A DNA stretch of 63,690 nucleotides, filler included, from Guillardia theta CCMP2712 (taxonomy: Eukaryota > Protista > Cryptophyta), in the NCBI RefSeq assembly GCF_000315625.1. It is 4 parts of 4 records of this genome, joined end to end, with 100 filler letters (N's around TTAATTAATTAA, not from the genome) between each part and the next. Parts side by side here need not be neighbours in the genome. Positions count along the whole stretch, not along the records: positions 25,485 to 56,180 come from NW_005434507.1; 3 more parts are not named here. One strand, 5' to 3'. This document shows positions 33,088 to 45,090 of the stretch, piece by piece (the first letter of the stretch is position 1; each line of letters begins with the position of its first letter). The position numbers were made by a program, and so were the translations under genes. The notes below the pieces were generated by a model. It saw only the letters and a list, made by a program, of their open reading frames with translations. It searched no databases and was not told where the DNA came from.

Positions 33088-34102
33088 TACTTGGATGCTA
33101 CTCGCCAGAATTGGGCGTGTTGGATAGTGCAGGGGATACTGGACACTCCGCCTGGAAACGTGTCAGATGGGCCTGGAAGGGAGTAGTGGTGAGTACAGTC
33201 CGAGTAAACATAGAAGCGAGCCTTGTCTTGATGCTGACACGTGCGAGTGATAACCATCACACTGTCAGTACCTCCTTGCACCTCAGTCTCAGCCAGTAGG
33301 CGAGGGCTTGTCCTTGAAACCGCTACTCCTCCGCGATGTTCCGATTCTTGAGGACACCTTCTTTGCGGTTCTCGTGGTATACAGGCTTGAACGTGGGGCC
33401 GGTCTTGGCAGTCGCTAGATGTCCTGGTACAGTAGATGCAGGTGCGGCACCCTGAGAGTCGCACCGTGGGCCGGGCCGTCACGGTGACTCTGGCCGACTC
33501 GGAGTCTGATGATCACTGCGGCTCAGCGCCGCCGGGCCCCGGGCCCCGGCGACGGTGCGAGGCGGCACACGGGCGTACTCCGCCCGTGTGCCAGTAGTAC
33601 AGCCTGACAGGCTACTTTACTAAACTTGAAGTTGCCAACTTCAATTGGCAAGGTGAACGGTGGCATGAGCTTTACTCAAACGGTTACTGAGCCTACTTAA
33701 AAATCAGTACGAGGACAATTGTTGATCAGGAGAGTAGAGGAGGCCGGGCTTGACCCTGACCGTGGCACTGTCGCAAGTCGCACAGGCCATACGGCGTGAA
33801 GCTGGTCAGAGTCTGGCCGGGCGGCGGGGGGGCGGCCGGCCGCCCCGTAATCCGAGGCAGCCTCCGCGGGCCCTTTTACACCGTTGATTGTTGGTCTACC
33901 AAAATTAGTTTAGTCATTATGATGACTAAACGTGGCAGCGGCCTCGCACAACCCGGCGCGCCACCGGTCCTGACTCTTATGTGACTTCTCATTCCCCACC
34001 CCTACCCTTCCTTTCTGGTATAATAAATTGGTTTTGGAGGGGTGGTAATCATACACCGTTGCTAGCGACGGGCAACAGACTATCGTATCCCCTTTAGGAG
34101 GA

Positions 34103-34260
34103 GCGAGGGCCAGGCAGAGCGACTGGCTGAGAGGCGGGAGAAGGTACTGGATGGGCATGGAAGGAAGTGGGGGCTGGGTTGGATGAGACCGAGTGAACAT
34201 AGAGGCGAGCATTGTCTTGATCGTGCACCTGCGAGTGAGGAGTTGGTCCTTATCCTTCAG
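34103..34260 (+). pseudogene. 3' remnant of an HTH family gene
   Basis: GCGAGGGCCAGGCAGAGCGACTGGCTGA (RGPGRATG*) is followed by sequence like the 3' flanks of copies 1 and 4. Confidence 0.55.
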
Positions 34261-35677
34261 CTTTGTTAGTTTGCGTTGAGGCGGATAAGGCAAGGAGATA
34301 GGCGTGTATTATCCACGCTCCATGTATACGACCTCAACTCGAGACCTGTTCATCGTCAGCTCAATACAAGGTTGCCGACGTGCGGTCATGTTTGATTCAG
34401 CCATGTCATGTTCCTCTAACACCTTTGACAAAAAACTCTCTCTTAGAAACCTGTGAGCTCAGTGAGCTAGAGACGATTGTCAGCAGCGACCATCGCCTAC
34501 ATGTCAGTAATCGCTTCTTTCGGGGGCCCAAAAATTCCCACTGGAATCAATATAGCGAGGTGTATCGGAGAGAAATTAAGATTTTTTGCTCGTGGACAAG
34601 GAAACAGTGACGAGGGGGAAGACTACTCCAAGGGATCGCAAATCTTATGAGTGACCACCAAGGGTAGGGGCACGGGAAAGCTTGCCTGATATGCCTGAGC
34701 TTCCTTCCTCTTGGTTCTCTGCCAGTGCTAACAGCAGAGGAGAGACTACCGTACTTCATAGAAATTGTCGCCCACAAGGGGTTATCGTCCATAGTTCAAC
34801 GGTAGCCGTGAGTGCCGCACTTGCTAGAGGACGCAGCCATCATGTCACTCCACTACACCTCTCATCAATCATCATATCTCTTCAGTAGATTTCTTGTTGG
34901 CCATTTCAGATTCCTTGACCATTTCTGTGTCACGTGCTGCCCGTTGAGAGTTCTACCATACATTTGAGTTTATGCTCACGACGTCGATGCGATCTAGATA
35001 TATGTGCTTGATGTAGATGAAATCTTTGAATTTGAGCTTTGATATTGAGGTTGCACCGACATGACACAGATGCAGCAGCAACTGACATGGCAATATCGCA
35101 ACAGCACGCAAGTCTGGCAGTTAAAAAGACTATGGTGCAGTACGAAGCTTGTGAAGCGAGGATGTGGGAGATCAATCCACCCGTTCAATCAGTACGTGTA
35201 AGACTTTACTTATCGCCCAGGACATGGCACGTACTACTGGTCTCAAAGTACTTGTGTACTTCTATAAAAGGGAGGCCTCAAACTCTCTCTCCTATTCCTG
35301 GAGTACGCATAGCAATCCGTGTCTGTATTGTCTGCTGTAGATAAAGGAAACTAGCTTCAGGCTGGCATACATGTATCAAAGTTGATTGCTTCAGTTACTC
35401 CTAGGTCATTTACCAGACATTTCCTATTACAGCCCACGCTCTATGAATTGTAGCCACAGACCTGGACTTTTAATGGAATCTAGCAGTAATCTTTGACTGT
35501 GACTTGTGAATTGTATCCCCTGTTGCTGCTGATTTATCATGCAACTGAGCAGTCGTAGATATTTAAAGCTATTCTTGAATTGAATGTCACTTTCATGTCC
35601 GTCTTGGATCACTTTCTCGGGTGCAATGGTCCAGTGACCACGATCATTCCTATCTTGCACGACGACATCTTCTCCAG

Positions 35678-36190
35678 CTAGTGAGGGAGGGCAATTCTTC
35701 TCCTCTTCACGCTCGCCATGTCTTCGTCAATGCACTTCCTGTGCGCATTGATGCAGCGATGACACGGCCTACCTTCTTCGCACTTCTGCTTCTTCTGTCT
35801 GCATGACACGCACGCTTGCTTGGTATGTGTGTTGTTCCTTACAGACCTGCACCCTTGTATCCAAGTAATAGCGGGATTGATAGTTGCAGCGACGAGGAGC
35901 GGCAAAGCTGCTGCTGTTCCTTCCTCCTCTTCAAACTTAGAAGAAGCTTGAGACGTGCCCTCGCATTCAACAGGATCGTGGTTGCTGCTTGGTTCCAGGT
36001 CTGTGAAGTCTATGAATGAGGCGAGGTCGTCAGGCCGAACGACGATATGAGAGATGGCTTCGTCGAGAGAGGAGGTGGAGAGGTTGGACTTGGGGGCGGT
36101 AGCAAGCATGGAGTCTTCAGCAGCAAGAGAGGTAGAGGAGGAGCGGATCAAGGGGGAAAGTAGGTCGGAGGTAGAGGAGGGGGCGTGCAT
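35678..36190 (-). CDS. Zn(II)2Cys6 binuclear-cluster transcription factor, intronless
   Basis: KQACVSCRQKKQKCEEGRPCHRCINAHRKC fits C-x2-C-x6-C-x5-C-x2-C-x6-C. The N-terminus is Ser/Asp-rich and there is a KRRR NLS-like tail. Confidence 0.9.
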   Translation of the reverse strand: MHAPSSTSDLLSPLIRSSSTSLAAEDSMLATAPKSNLSTSSLDEAISHIVVRPDDLASFIDFTDLEPSSNHDPVECEGTSQASSKFEEEEGTAAALPLLVAATINPAITWIQGCRSVRNNTHTKQACVSCRQKKQKCEEGRPCHRCINAHRKCIDEDMASVKRRRIALPH

Positions 36191-38169
36191 GGGAGGCTGC
36201 GAACGAGGGGAGTACAAGGGAGGAGGAATAAAATAACCTGAATTTTACCACAGTGTACCCCTACTTTCCCCTCTGTGGACCCCATTTCCGAAGCCCCCTG
36301 TCCCCACTTTTGGTCTCAAGTTCCAACATCGCAACTTTATTTGCCCAATAAAAAAACACCGGGTGACCTCCCCAGTTTTTGACTGTTCAACCCCACCCCC
36401 CATCCCCCTCATTCATGGGGGTACTGGTTGAACCAGAGCAGTCACGTTACACTCGGCAAACGCACATAAAACAATTATAGTTTGCATACAAATAGTTTTA
36501 CGGAAGCGAAAAAAAGAGAGGTGGGGGGTGGAGGGGCAGACTGTCGACGGGGAGTGGGAGGGGTACTGAAAGTCTGAGTCGGACCTGAAACTTATTTAAA
36601 TGGCACTGGCCGGGCTCGGAGGGGCCAGCCTCGGATCCGCCAAACTTGAAGGCTTGGAAAGGGCTATAAGGTGGGGTCCTTTATATGGGCCTTGTGGGGT
36701 ACTCAAGAAGGTTTTAAGACACCGGAAATAGACCCGGCCGGGGCGTGGCACCGGCGGTCCGGAGAGTCGCTCGGTCAGCAGCCTCCTGTAACCATGACTC
36801 CTGCCCGGATTAGTGTAAGCCAGTTAGTCACTAAGACTGCTGACGTGCGGAACTCCCGAACGGCCCTGCGGCCCCCGGCCCGAGCCCCGGATTCATGAAT
36901 CACTGAGGGCCAGGCGGCCGGGCCCGGACCCGGGCCCGGCCGGGGCCCCGCGGCCGCCCCGGGGGAGACTCGTTAGCCGCGGGCCGCGGGCCCCGGTCCG
37001 GCGGCCGCCTGGACTCCGGGAGTGACTCATGACTCCGAGGCTCGGGTCCCGGCCGGGTCGCATGACTCAGTCCCGGGAGCCAGGGCCAAGTTCGAGGCTC
37101 GGGCCACCCGGCATCGCCGGGCCTCAGGCTGGCTGCGTGCCCGTGCCCAGGGGCCCGTAAGGCGGTGGCACTGATGGTTGGGATCACCGATACTCGATTG
37201 AATCCTTCTTTTTCAGTCAATAAAGTGAAGAATCGGAAATACCTTCGTGGCTTGTCCCCACGGAATGTCTCCGAGGCTCGCTCTCAAGGTTGCGAGGCTC
37301 ACCCAGTCGGCTGTCCGGCGGTTGAGCAAGCTCCACCTTGGAAGAAGCAATCATGAAAAGAGCTCTGTTGAGTAAGTTTGCATGATTTATAGAAATGACC
37401 TAACTTGATCTAAGTGATGAACAGCTCTGCTGCTGATATCAGTCGTCGAGTGGGTCCTCCTCCAGGATTGTTGATCAGCGTGCAGTCGTCCGACGGTCGT
37501 TACAGCAGCCAGGTCTCTACCCTTCGATGCTCCCGATAGAAAGGGGGATAGCCGCTTCATCACGATGGGTTGTAACTCCAAATATTTAATGGAATTCAGC
37601 ATCAAATTACAGGTGCTCAGAAGAGAATTGAAATCTTGTCAGAGGATTCTTATTTCTCGAGTTCAACATTCTTTCTCAACTCACACATTTCATCAGTGCA
37701 GACTCACGAGCAAGTTTTTCTAATCCATCCAACAATGTCCTCCCTCACCTTTCGAACGTGTGATCATTGCAGTCTATAATGCTATGATGATACATTCCCG
37801 AATACAGCATTGCTTTGGTATCAGCGGCAAGGAAATCCAACACGGTGGAATCTGGTAAACATTTCGTATTTCGCAGCGCCGGGCACATGTTCAGAATTGA
37901 ACAAGTCCTTTCTGATTCCTCAGTTTTTCCAGCATCGTATCTTGATTCTCTTCAGGTTTGATTTATCAGCTCACCTCAGAAGGCCGAGAAAGCCTCTGAG
38001 TACGGGTGGTTTCCTCACTCCTGGTAAGAAGAGGAGAAGAAGCTGCTCGAGCAGCAAGCAGCACTACCCCTTGTAAACTCGACGTCACTGCACTACACCC
38101 GTGTCTGTGTCGTCCTGCGAAGGTGCCTTGCGCATTCCCTGTAGACGTCAGCAACCCGTAAAAGTGTGA

Positions 38170-39060
38170 TATGGTCACTGCTAGCAAGATGAAGGGAAGA
38201 AGGAACGACTAGCGAGATGATTGGGAGGCGTGACACCTAGCAGGATGATAGGAAGGCTTAGCCACAAGCAAACGGATTTGGAGGAGATTCGACTAGCACG
38301 ATGATTTGATGGAGATACGAAAAAATGCTTCAAGATGAAAGGGAGGTGTTACTACTAGCAAGATGATAGGGAGGTGTTACTACTAGCAAGATGATAGGGA
38401 GGTGTTACTACTAGCAAGATGATAGGGAGGTGTTACTACTAGCAAGATGATAGGGAGGCGTGACACCTAGCAGGATGATAGGGAGGTGTTACTACTAGGA
38501 AGATGATAGGGAGGGGTTACTACTAGCAAGATGATAGGGAGGCGTGACACCTAGCAGGATGATAGGGAGGTGTTACTACTAGCAAGATGATAGGGAGGTG
38601 TTACTACTAGGAAGATGATAGGGAGGTGTTACTACTAGGAAGATGATAGGGAGGTGTTACTACTAGCAAGATGATAGGGAGGGGTTACTACTAGCAAGAT
38701 GATAGGGAGGCGTTACTTGTTGTAAGGTTATTGGTAGGAGTGACTTCTTGCAGGATGATAGGGAACAGTGACGATTGTCTGCTTGAAGGTAATTGAGATA
38801 CGACCAGACAGATATGACTGGCAAGATGATACAACTAGCAAGATGATAGGGAGGCTTGGCCACTAGCAAGATAATTGGGAGTCTTGACTAGTAGTTAGAT
38901 GTTTGGGAAAAGATACGACTTGCAAGATGATTGGGAGTCGTTGCAGGTAGCAAGATGATAGGGAGGCGTGGCTACTAGAAGGATCGGGCGGAGTGGCTAC
39001 TAGCAAGACGACAAGCAAGATGATAGGGAGGAGATACTACCAGCAAGATGATTGAGAGGA
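38170..39060. repeat. 28-bp minisatellite (GGGAGGTGTTACTACTAGCAAGATGATA), core 38341-38710, with degenerate flanks
   Basis: The 28-nt period was checked (units at 38341, 38369, 38397...). A variant unit GGGAGGCGTGACACCTAGCAGGATGATA is interspersed. Confidence 0.9.
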
Positions 39061-39912
39061 TTTACGATTATCCGCTTGATGAGGATTGGGAGATGTTTGT
39101 GATGGGGGAAGTAATCTAACCAAGTAGAGAAGATGCGCTTTGGTGGAGGGTGCAAGCTTTCAGCCAGATTCCTTTACGCCACTAGTCAAGGAGACAGTAC
39201 AGACGCTGCTTTCCGTTGTCCGTACTCCGCCATGAATTGGAGAGAATGGATCTGGCCTCCCTTTTATGGAGTTGGAGATAGATCTCATCTCTCTGGTAGA
39301 CAGAGTACTGGAGTTGCGACCAATCTCCTGCCTGGCGTACAAGCACATCCGATCTCCTTTGAGACCACTGAGTAGTACATGCCGTGTCCAGGCGATGAGC
39401 CCGCACTGTAACGGGCCGAGGTAACGTCCAACCTGGAGACCCTGACAGGTCAACGGACTGAGCGACTAGTTCGGAGATACTCATAGCAGGGGTCACGACC
39501 CAGGCTTCCTAGTTATGACTTATAAGTTAGTCCTCCACAAAGATGACAGCACTCGACACTCAACGGCCACAAGAATAAAGCCTTCCTTGCCCTTCCAATG
39601 GTACTTTGGAACTTCGAATGACCCGTTTTCTTTGGGGCAAGGAGGGGTCTGATTCCCATTCCAAGGAGAGGGTGGGGGTCACGCGGATCGGGGAACAAGA
39701 GGTCTTGGGTCCTAGTAAAGCCAAGAAGGACAATGTTGGCGTCTCAATACAAGAGGACCGGTGATGGAATCTTGCCGGCGATGGAGGGGTGGGGGGCTTC
39801 TTGAAGGACCCCTCCTCCCCGGAAACATCCCATCTCCGCGCGCCTCAGTCACCAGCATTCCTCCTCTTCCGATCCTCGTGTAGCCCAGCACCTCCCATCC
39901 GTCCCCTCAGCG

Positions 39913-40451
39913 ATGTATCCTCCTCTGTGTGATATCCCCCCTTCTATTCTGCTTGACGACGCCTCCCTCAACCCCTTCCTCCTCCTCCCCATCGACCCCG
40001 TCGACATCCACGACGACCCCTCAGGCTCCGCTAGCCCTGACGCCCTCCTTCCCTCCATCACTCTTTCAAGCCCCGACGACCCCTCCCTCGACGTCATCCC
40101 GCCTCTCCCCGACGACACTGCCCCCGGACACGCATGCCGGGGCCTGGAGACCAGCCGCTGGGACGCGGCGGCGCGGAGCAAGCACAGCTCGGCGTGCAGG
40201 GGCAGGAGCCGGCTGACCGCGCAGGAGAAGCTCGACATCGTCTGCCTCTACTACTCGGCGCCAGTGTCTCCAACGGGGAAACGGTCTATGCAGCAGCAGG
40301 ACTTATCGCGAAGGTACGGCAAGAGCCGTGCGGCGATCAGCAAGGTGCTGAGGCCGGAGTACGCGAGGGGGGTCATGACGGCGGGTCAAGGGCTCAAGCG
40401 AGCAGCGGCGATGGTGCTGAGAGCATCGCGAGAGGAGCGGGGGAGGCTGCT
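39913..40451 (+). CDS. HTH family copy 5 (A-type; 3' end in gap)
   Basis: MYPPLCDIPPSILLDDASLNPF...RSRLTAQEKLDIVCLYYSAPVSPTGKRSMQQQDLSRRYGKSRAAISKVLRPEYA. Confidence 0.8.
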
Positions 40452-41770
40452 NNNNNNNNNNNNNNNNNNNNNNNNNNNNNNNNNNNNNNNNNNNNNNNNN
40501 NNNNNNNNNNNNNNNNNNNNNNNNNNNNNNNNNNNNNNNNNNNNNNNNNNNNNNNNNNNNNNNNNNNNNNNNNNNNNNNNNNNNNNNNNNNNNNNNNNNN
40601 NNNNNNNNNNNNNNNNNNNNNNNNNNNNNNNNNNNNNNNNNNNNNNNNNNNNNNNNNNNNNNNNNNNNNNNNNNNNNNNNNNNNNNNNNNNNNNNNNNNN
40701 NNNNNNNNNNNNNNNNNNNNNNNNNNNNNNNNNNNNNNNNNNNNNNNNNNNNNNNNNNNNNNNNNNNNNNNNNNNNNNNNNNNNNNNNNNNNNNNNNNNN
40801 NNNNNNNNNNNNNNNNNNNNNNNNNNNNNNNNNNNNNNNNNNNNNNNNNNNNNNNNNNNNNNNNNNNNNNNAACTGAGGGCTAGGATCACAGGCTTGCCA
40901 GTCTGGGTAGTCGTGGGGAGTAGTGCCAGGGTTCGGAGCCGGCCGGGACCACTGGCGCAGCAGCAGCACCGGAAACCATCGAACTCGCCCGCGGCTGAAA
41001 GCTGCATGCTCGACCGTACTNNNNNNNNNNNNNNNNNNNNNNNNNNNNNNNNNNNNNNNNNNNNNNNNNNNNNNNNNNNNNNNNNNNNNNNNNNNNNNNN
41101 NNNNNNNNNNNNNNNNNNNNNNNNNNNNNNNNNNNNNNNNNNNNNNNNNNNNNNNNNNNNNNNNNNNNNNNNNNNNNNNNNNNNNNNNNNNNNNNNNNNN
41201 NNNNNNNNNNNNNNNNNNNNNNNNNNNNNNNNNNNNNNNNNNNNNNNNNNNNNNNNNNNNNNNNNNNNNNNNNNNNNNNNNNNNNNNNNNNNNNNNNNNN
41301 NNNNNNNNNNNNNNCTCAAAGTTAAGTTTAAAATAAGTTTTTGTCTTTACTACTGTCCTTGAGATTTCGCTTAACTTTCAACGGTCTCCCCTTGCATGCA
41401 ATCGATTGGTTTACATTTTTTGTTTCGTGGACAGTCGAGAGGACCGGTCCATTCGCTTAACTTTGTCGCCCCCTGCATGCAATCGATTGGTTGACATTTT
41501 TTGTTTCGTGGACAGTCGACTCCGAGGACCGGTCCTTCCGAGTGAGTTGCGCTGGGTGGAGTGTGGGTAGGGGGTGTCGCGGACCGGGGAACAAACTGGC
41601 AAGGGAACGGAAGGGGGTTGGGTAGGATCGGTAGGAGGGGTGGGTGGGTTCGCTCCATCCCTACCTGACCGACTGTCTGCATGCCTCCCTCGTGCTGACC
41701 CCCTTCATCTGACTCCTCGTCTACCTCCTCGTCCTCGTCTCGTCTTGCCCATGTCGGTTCATTATCACTG

Positions 41771-42217
41771 ATGACTATGGCTGACGGCACAAGGACTCCA
41801 AGTCTAGTGCTGCAAGGCCCCCACGGGGTCCTGGACAGCGTGGTGGAGGACTCGACAGCCTCGAGCAGGAGCCCATCAAGCTCGCGCGTCTCAAGTACAT
41901 CCGGCGGCGGACTCATCCAACTGCAAGGATCAGACACGAAGGCTCGCGGTCGGACTGTTAGAAGCAGCACAGTGATGTCGAATGGCATGTTTGGAGTGAA
42001 GCTAAGCTTCTATGAACCAGCTCATACATCGAGTGCATTCAAAGAAATCAACCGATGCGTCAATGAAGCAATCGAGGGCACAAAGCCCCAACGGATCGCT
42101 CCATCGCAAGCTGTCAGCTTCCAAGCCGTCATCGGATCCGATGCCTCCTCTGTGCAAACCGATTGCATCAAGCAGCGCAGCCGTCTTGACTCATCCTTGA
42201 CACAGGCAACAACATGA
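41771..42217 (+). CDS. Ser-rich 148-aa ORF of the repeat unit (also 46383-46829 and 50802-51248); coding status uncertain
   Basis: The ORF is open in all three units and lies downstream of a promoter-like G-rich region. No domain is recognisable, and recent duplication alone could explain the conservation. Confidence 0.25.
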   Translation: MTMADGTRTPSLVLQGPHGVLDSVVEDSTASSRSPSSSRVSSTSGGGLIQLQGSDTKARGRTVRSSTVMSNGMFGVKLSFYEPAHTSSAFKEINRCVNEAIEGTKPQRIAPSQAVSFQAVIGSDASSVQTDCIKQRSRLDSSLTQATT

Positions 42218-43000
42218 GGGTCATTGACAGATCTGCTTTAGCTTCCTCCAACACCAGCCCGATCGTCAGCGATGGCTTGAAGGAAACAAGCCTGGAGACT
42301 GGATCACCGTGATGAAACAGACAGCCTACCCGGAGCCATCAAACGCCTGTCAATCGGATGACTCGCAGCGTTGCCACCTGGCCTAGACAAGTAGCGAGAG
42401 GATGGCTTGAGGTAGGTCCGGGCTGGAGGTGCAAGGTATGGCTTGACAGTGCTTCAGCGGAGCTTCACCCACGCCTTCAACAACAAGCAATGGTTGTAAG
42501 ACGCTCATAGCAGTCGACTTGTGCGATCCATCCGGTTACTGCAAGAGCAGACCTGGTCAAGGCTTGGGGACCTTTTGACAACCTGATCCTCGCCGACTCT
42601 CGCACATGCCATACTCGCTCCATACCCCACTTGTCATCTCCTTTTCCCGTCCCAGTCTTCACACACCTCACCTTCTTCTGGTTCCACCAGACAAGTTGAT
42701 CTGCTTCTCACAAGTTCTCCTTGCACTGTCTCTACGTGTCGCGTCGTGATGTCTGGGATGCTCGTCCACCAAGTCCTGCGTCAGATGCACCCCTGACCCT
42801 GATCATGCAGCGGCATAGTCCCTGCGTCCCTGTCTCCCTCTTCTCCCTCCCTCCCCCCTCCACTCGCACCAGCAGCATACTGTAATGCCTCCTTTGCTAG
42901 TCGTGTGTCTTTAACTTTTATCCCACGAACCATCTTCTCTCCTCCCTGCCCTACGATTACCTCTCCCTCCCCTTTCGCCCCTCCTCTGCCCTCTCAGCCA

Positions 43001-43659
43001 CTACCGCCCTCCCTCCCCTGGCCCTCGCCGCATCATCTCCGTCCAGGTAGACTGCATGGGCTCCTCCTTCAGACGCTCCTCCTCCGCGATGCTCTCGAGG
43101 ACCTCGTTGCGGTTCCTGACCATGAGCCCTTGACCCGTCGTCATGACCCCCCTCGCGTACTCCGGCCTCAGCACCTTGCTGATCGCCGCACGGCTCTTGC
43201 CGTACCTTCGCGATAAGTCCTGCTGCTGCATAGACCGTTTCCCCGTTGGAGACACTGGTGCGGAGTAGTAGAGGCAGACGATGTCGAGCTTCTCCTGCGC
43301 GGTCAGCCGGCTCCTGCCCCTACACGCCGAGCTGTGCTTGCTCCGCGCCGCCGCGTCCCAGCGGCTGGTCTCCGGGTCACGGCAGCGTCTGCGGGAGCGG
43401 TGTCGTCGGGGAGAGGCAGGAGGACGTCGAGGGAAGGGTCTTCGGCCAGGGAGAGTTCAGGGACAGGTATTGTTCAGGGAGTGCCAGGGATCAGAAAGGA
43501 GTTGAAGATGTCTAAAGTAGACGAGGAGAAGCAGCGGTCTAGAGAGGTAAAAGAGGGGTCTGAGACATCGACGGGGTCGATGGGGAGGAGGAAGTTGGGG
43601 TTGAGGGAGGGGTCGTCGAGGAGGAAGGAGGAGAGCGTGAGGAGGAGAGGGGGAGACAT
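43001..43659 (-). pseudogene. HTH family copy 6 (B-type, 1-bp frameshift near 43385)
   Basis: 659 nt versus 660 nt in copies 8 and 10. It reads GGCAGCGTCT where the paralogs read GGCAGGCGTCT. Confidence 0.7.
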
Positions 43660-44292
43660 CAGGGAGGGCAGGAAGGACAGAGGCCTTCCGAGTCGAGGAA
43701 GAAAGGAACTTGTCGGAGCAATGCGTCAGATGGTGGGGAGGAGCAGGTCGTGGGAGAGGGTGGGGAGAGTGACCTTATGCGATATTCCCCGTGCTGACAG
43801 GAAGGTGCAGGGAGTGTCTTTAAAGATTTCTCGTACCGGTGATATTGAGGGGGAATAGCGGGGTGGTGAAGGGTGGAGGAGGGTCTACTCCACATGAAAG
43901 ACTGTGAGCGCCGAAGCGTCGCTTTACTACGACTGATGGGATCACGTCCTGTGACTTTTAAAGCCTGTGAGTTGTAAGAAGTAAACTCTTTGACTTCCAA
44001 TGACCCGTTTTCTTTGGGGCAAGGAGGGGTCTGATTCCGTGTCCAAGGAGAGGGTGGGGGTCACGCGGATCGGGGAACAAGAGGTCTTGGGTCCTAGTAA
44101 AGCCAAGAAGCAACAAGGACAATGTTGGCGTCTCAATACAAGAGGACCGGTGATGGAATCTTGCCTCCGATGGAGGGGTGGGGGGCTTCTTGAAGGACCC
44201 CTCCTCTCCGGAAACATCCCATTTCCATTTCCGCGCTGAATCATCCTCTTCCGATCCTCGTGTAGCCCAGCACCTCCCATCCGTCCCCTCAG

Positions 44293-44504
44293 GGAACGAT
44301 TGGCTGACATGTACTTTGCAAATCTCATCGCTTTTTTGCTCGGATGGATGAAACTTGGGTCTGGATAGCTGGTAAGTGACGAATATGAAAGCTGCAGTCA
44401 GGGGATGATTGTACTGACATGTTCTTTAAAAATTCCTGGTTTTTCCTTGCTTGCATGGATTAAACTCATCTTCATAGAAAGTAAGTACCATATCATATGA
44501 TGCT
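44293..44504. mobile_element. 212-bp AT-rich insertion flanked by a 5-bp CTCAG target-site duplication
   Basis: The empty site CCCCTCAGCGATG is present in the three sister copies. Here CTCAG occurs at 44288-44292 and 44505-44509. Confidence 0.65.
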
Positions 44505-44511
44505 CTCAGCG

Positions 44512-45090
44512 ATGTATCCTCCTCTATGTGATATCCCCCCTTCTATCCTTGTTGACGACGCCTCCCTCAACCCCTTCCTCCTCCTCCCCATCGACCCCGT
44601 CGACATCCACGACGACCCCTCAGGCTCCGCTAGCCCTGACGCCCTCCTTCCCTCCATCACTCTTTCAAGCCCCGACGACCCCTCCCTCGACGTCATCCCG
44701 CCTCTCCCCGACGACACTGCCCCCGCAGACGCCTGCCGGGGCCAGGAGACCAGCCGCTGGGACGCGGCGGCGCGGAGCAAGCACAGCTCGGCGTGCAGGG
44801 GCAGGAGCCGGCTGACCGTGCAGGAGAAGCTCGACATCGTCTGCCTCTACTACTTGGCGCCAGTGTCTCCAACGGGGAAACGGTCTATGCAGCAGCAGGA
44901 CTTATCGCGAAGGTACGGCAAGAGCCGTGCGGCGATCAGCAAGGTGCTGAGGCCGGAGTACGCGAGGGGGGTCATGACGGCGGGTCAAGGGCTCAAGGCG
45001 AGCAGGCGGGCGACGGTGCTGAGGAGCATCGCGGAGGAGGAGCGGGGGAGGCTGCTTGCGCTAGGGAGGAGTGGAGAAGGTGTTGCGTGA
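44512..45090 (+). CDS. HTH family copy 7 (A-type)
   Basis: Intact ORF with the HTH and the A-type tail KASRRATVLRSIAEEERGRLLALGRSGEGVA*. Confidence 0.8.
   Translation: MYPPLCDIPPSILVDDASLNPFLLLPIDPVDIHDDPSGSASPDALLPSITLSSPDDPSLDVIPPLPDDTAPADACRGQETSRWDAAARSKHSSACRGRSRLTVQEKLDIVCLYYLAPVSPTGKRSMQQQDLSRRYGKSRAAISKVLRPEYARGVMTAGQGLKASRRATVLRSIAEEERGRLLALGRSGEGVA

Noticed and set aside
38341-38710. 28-bp repeats as a CRISPR array
   Set aside because: The units are directly adjacent with no unique spacers, there are no cas genes, and the context is eukaryotic.
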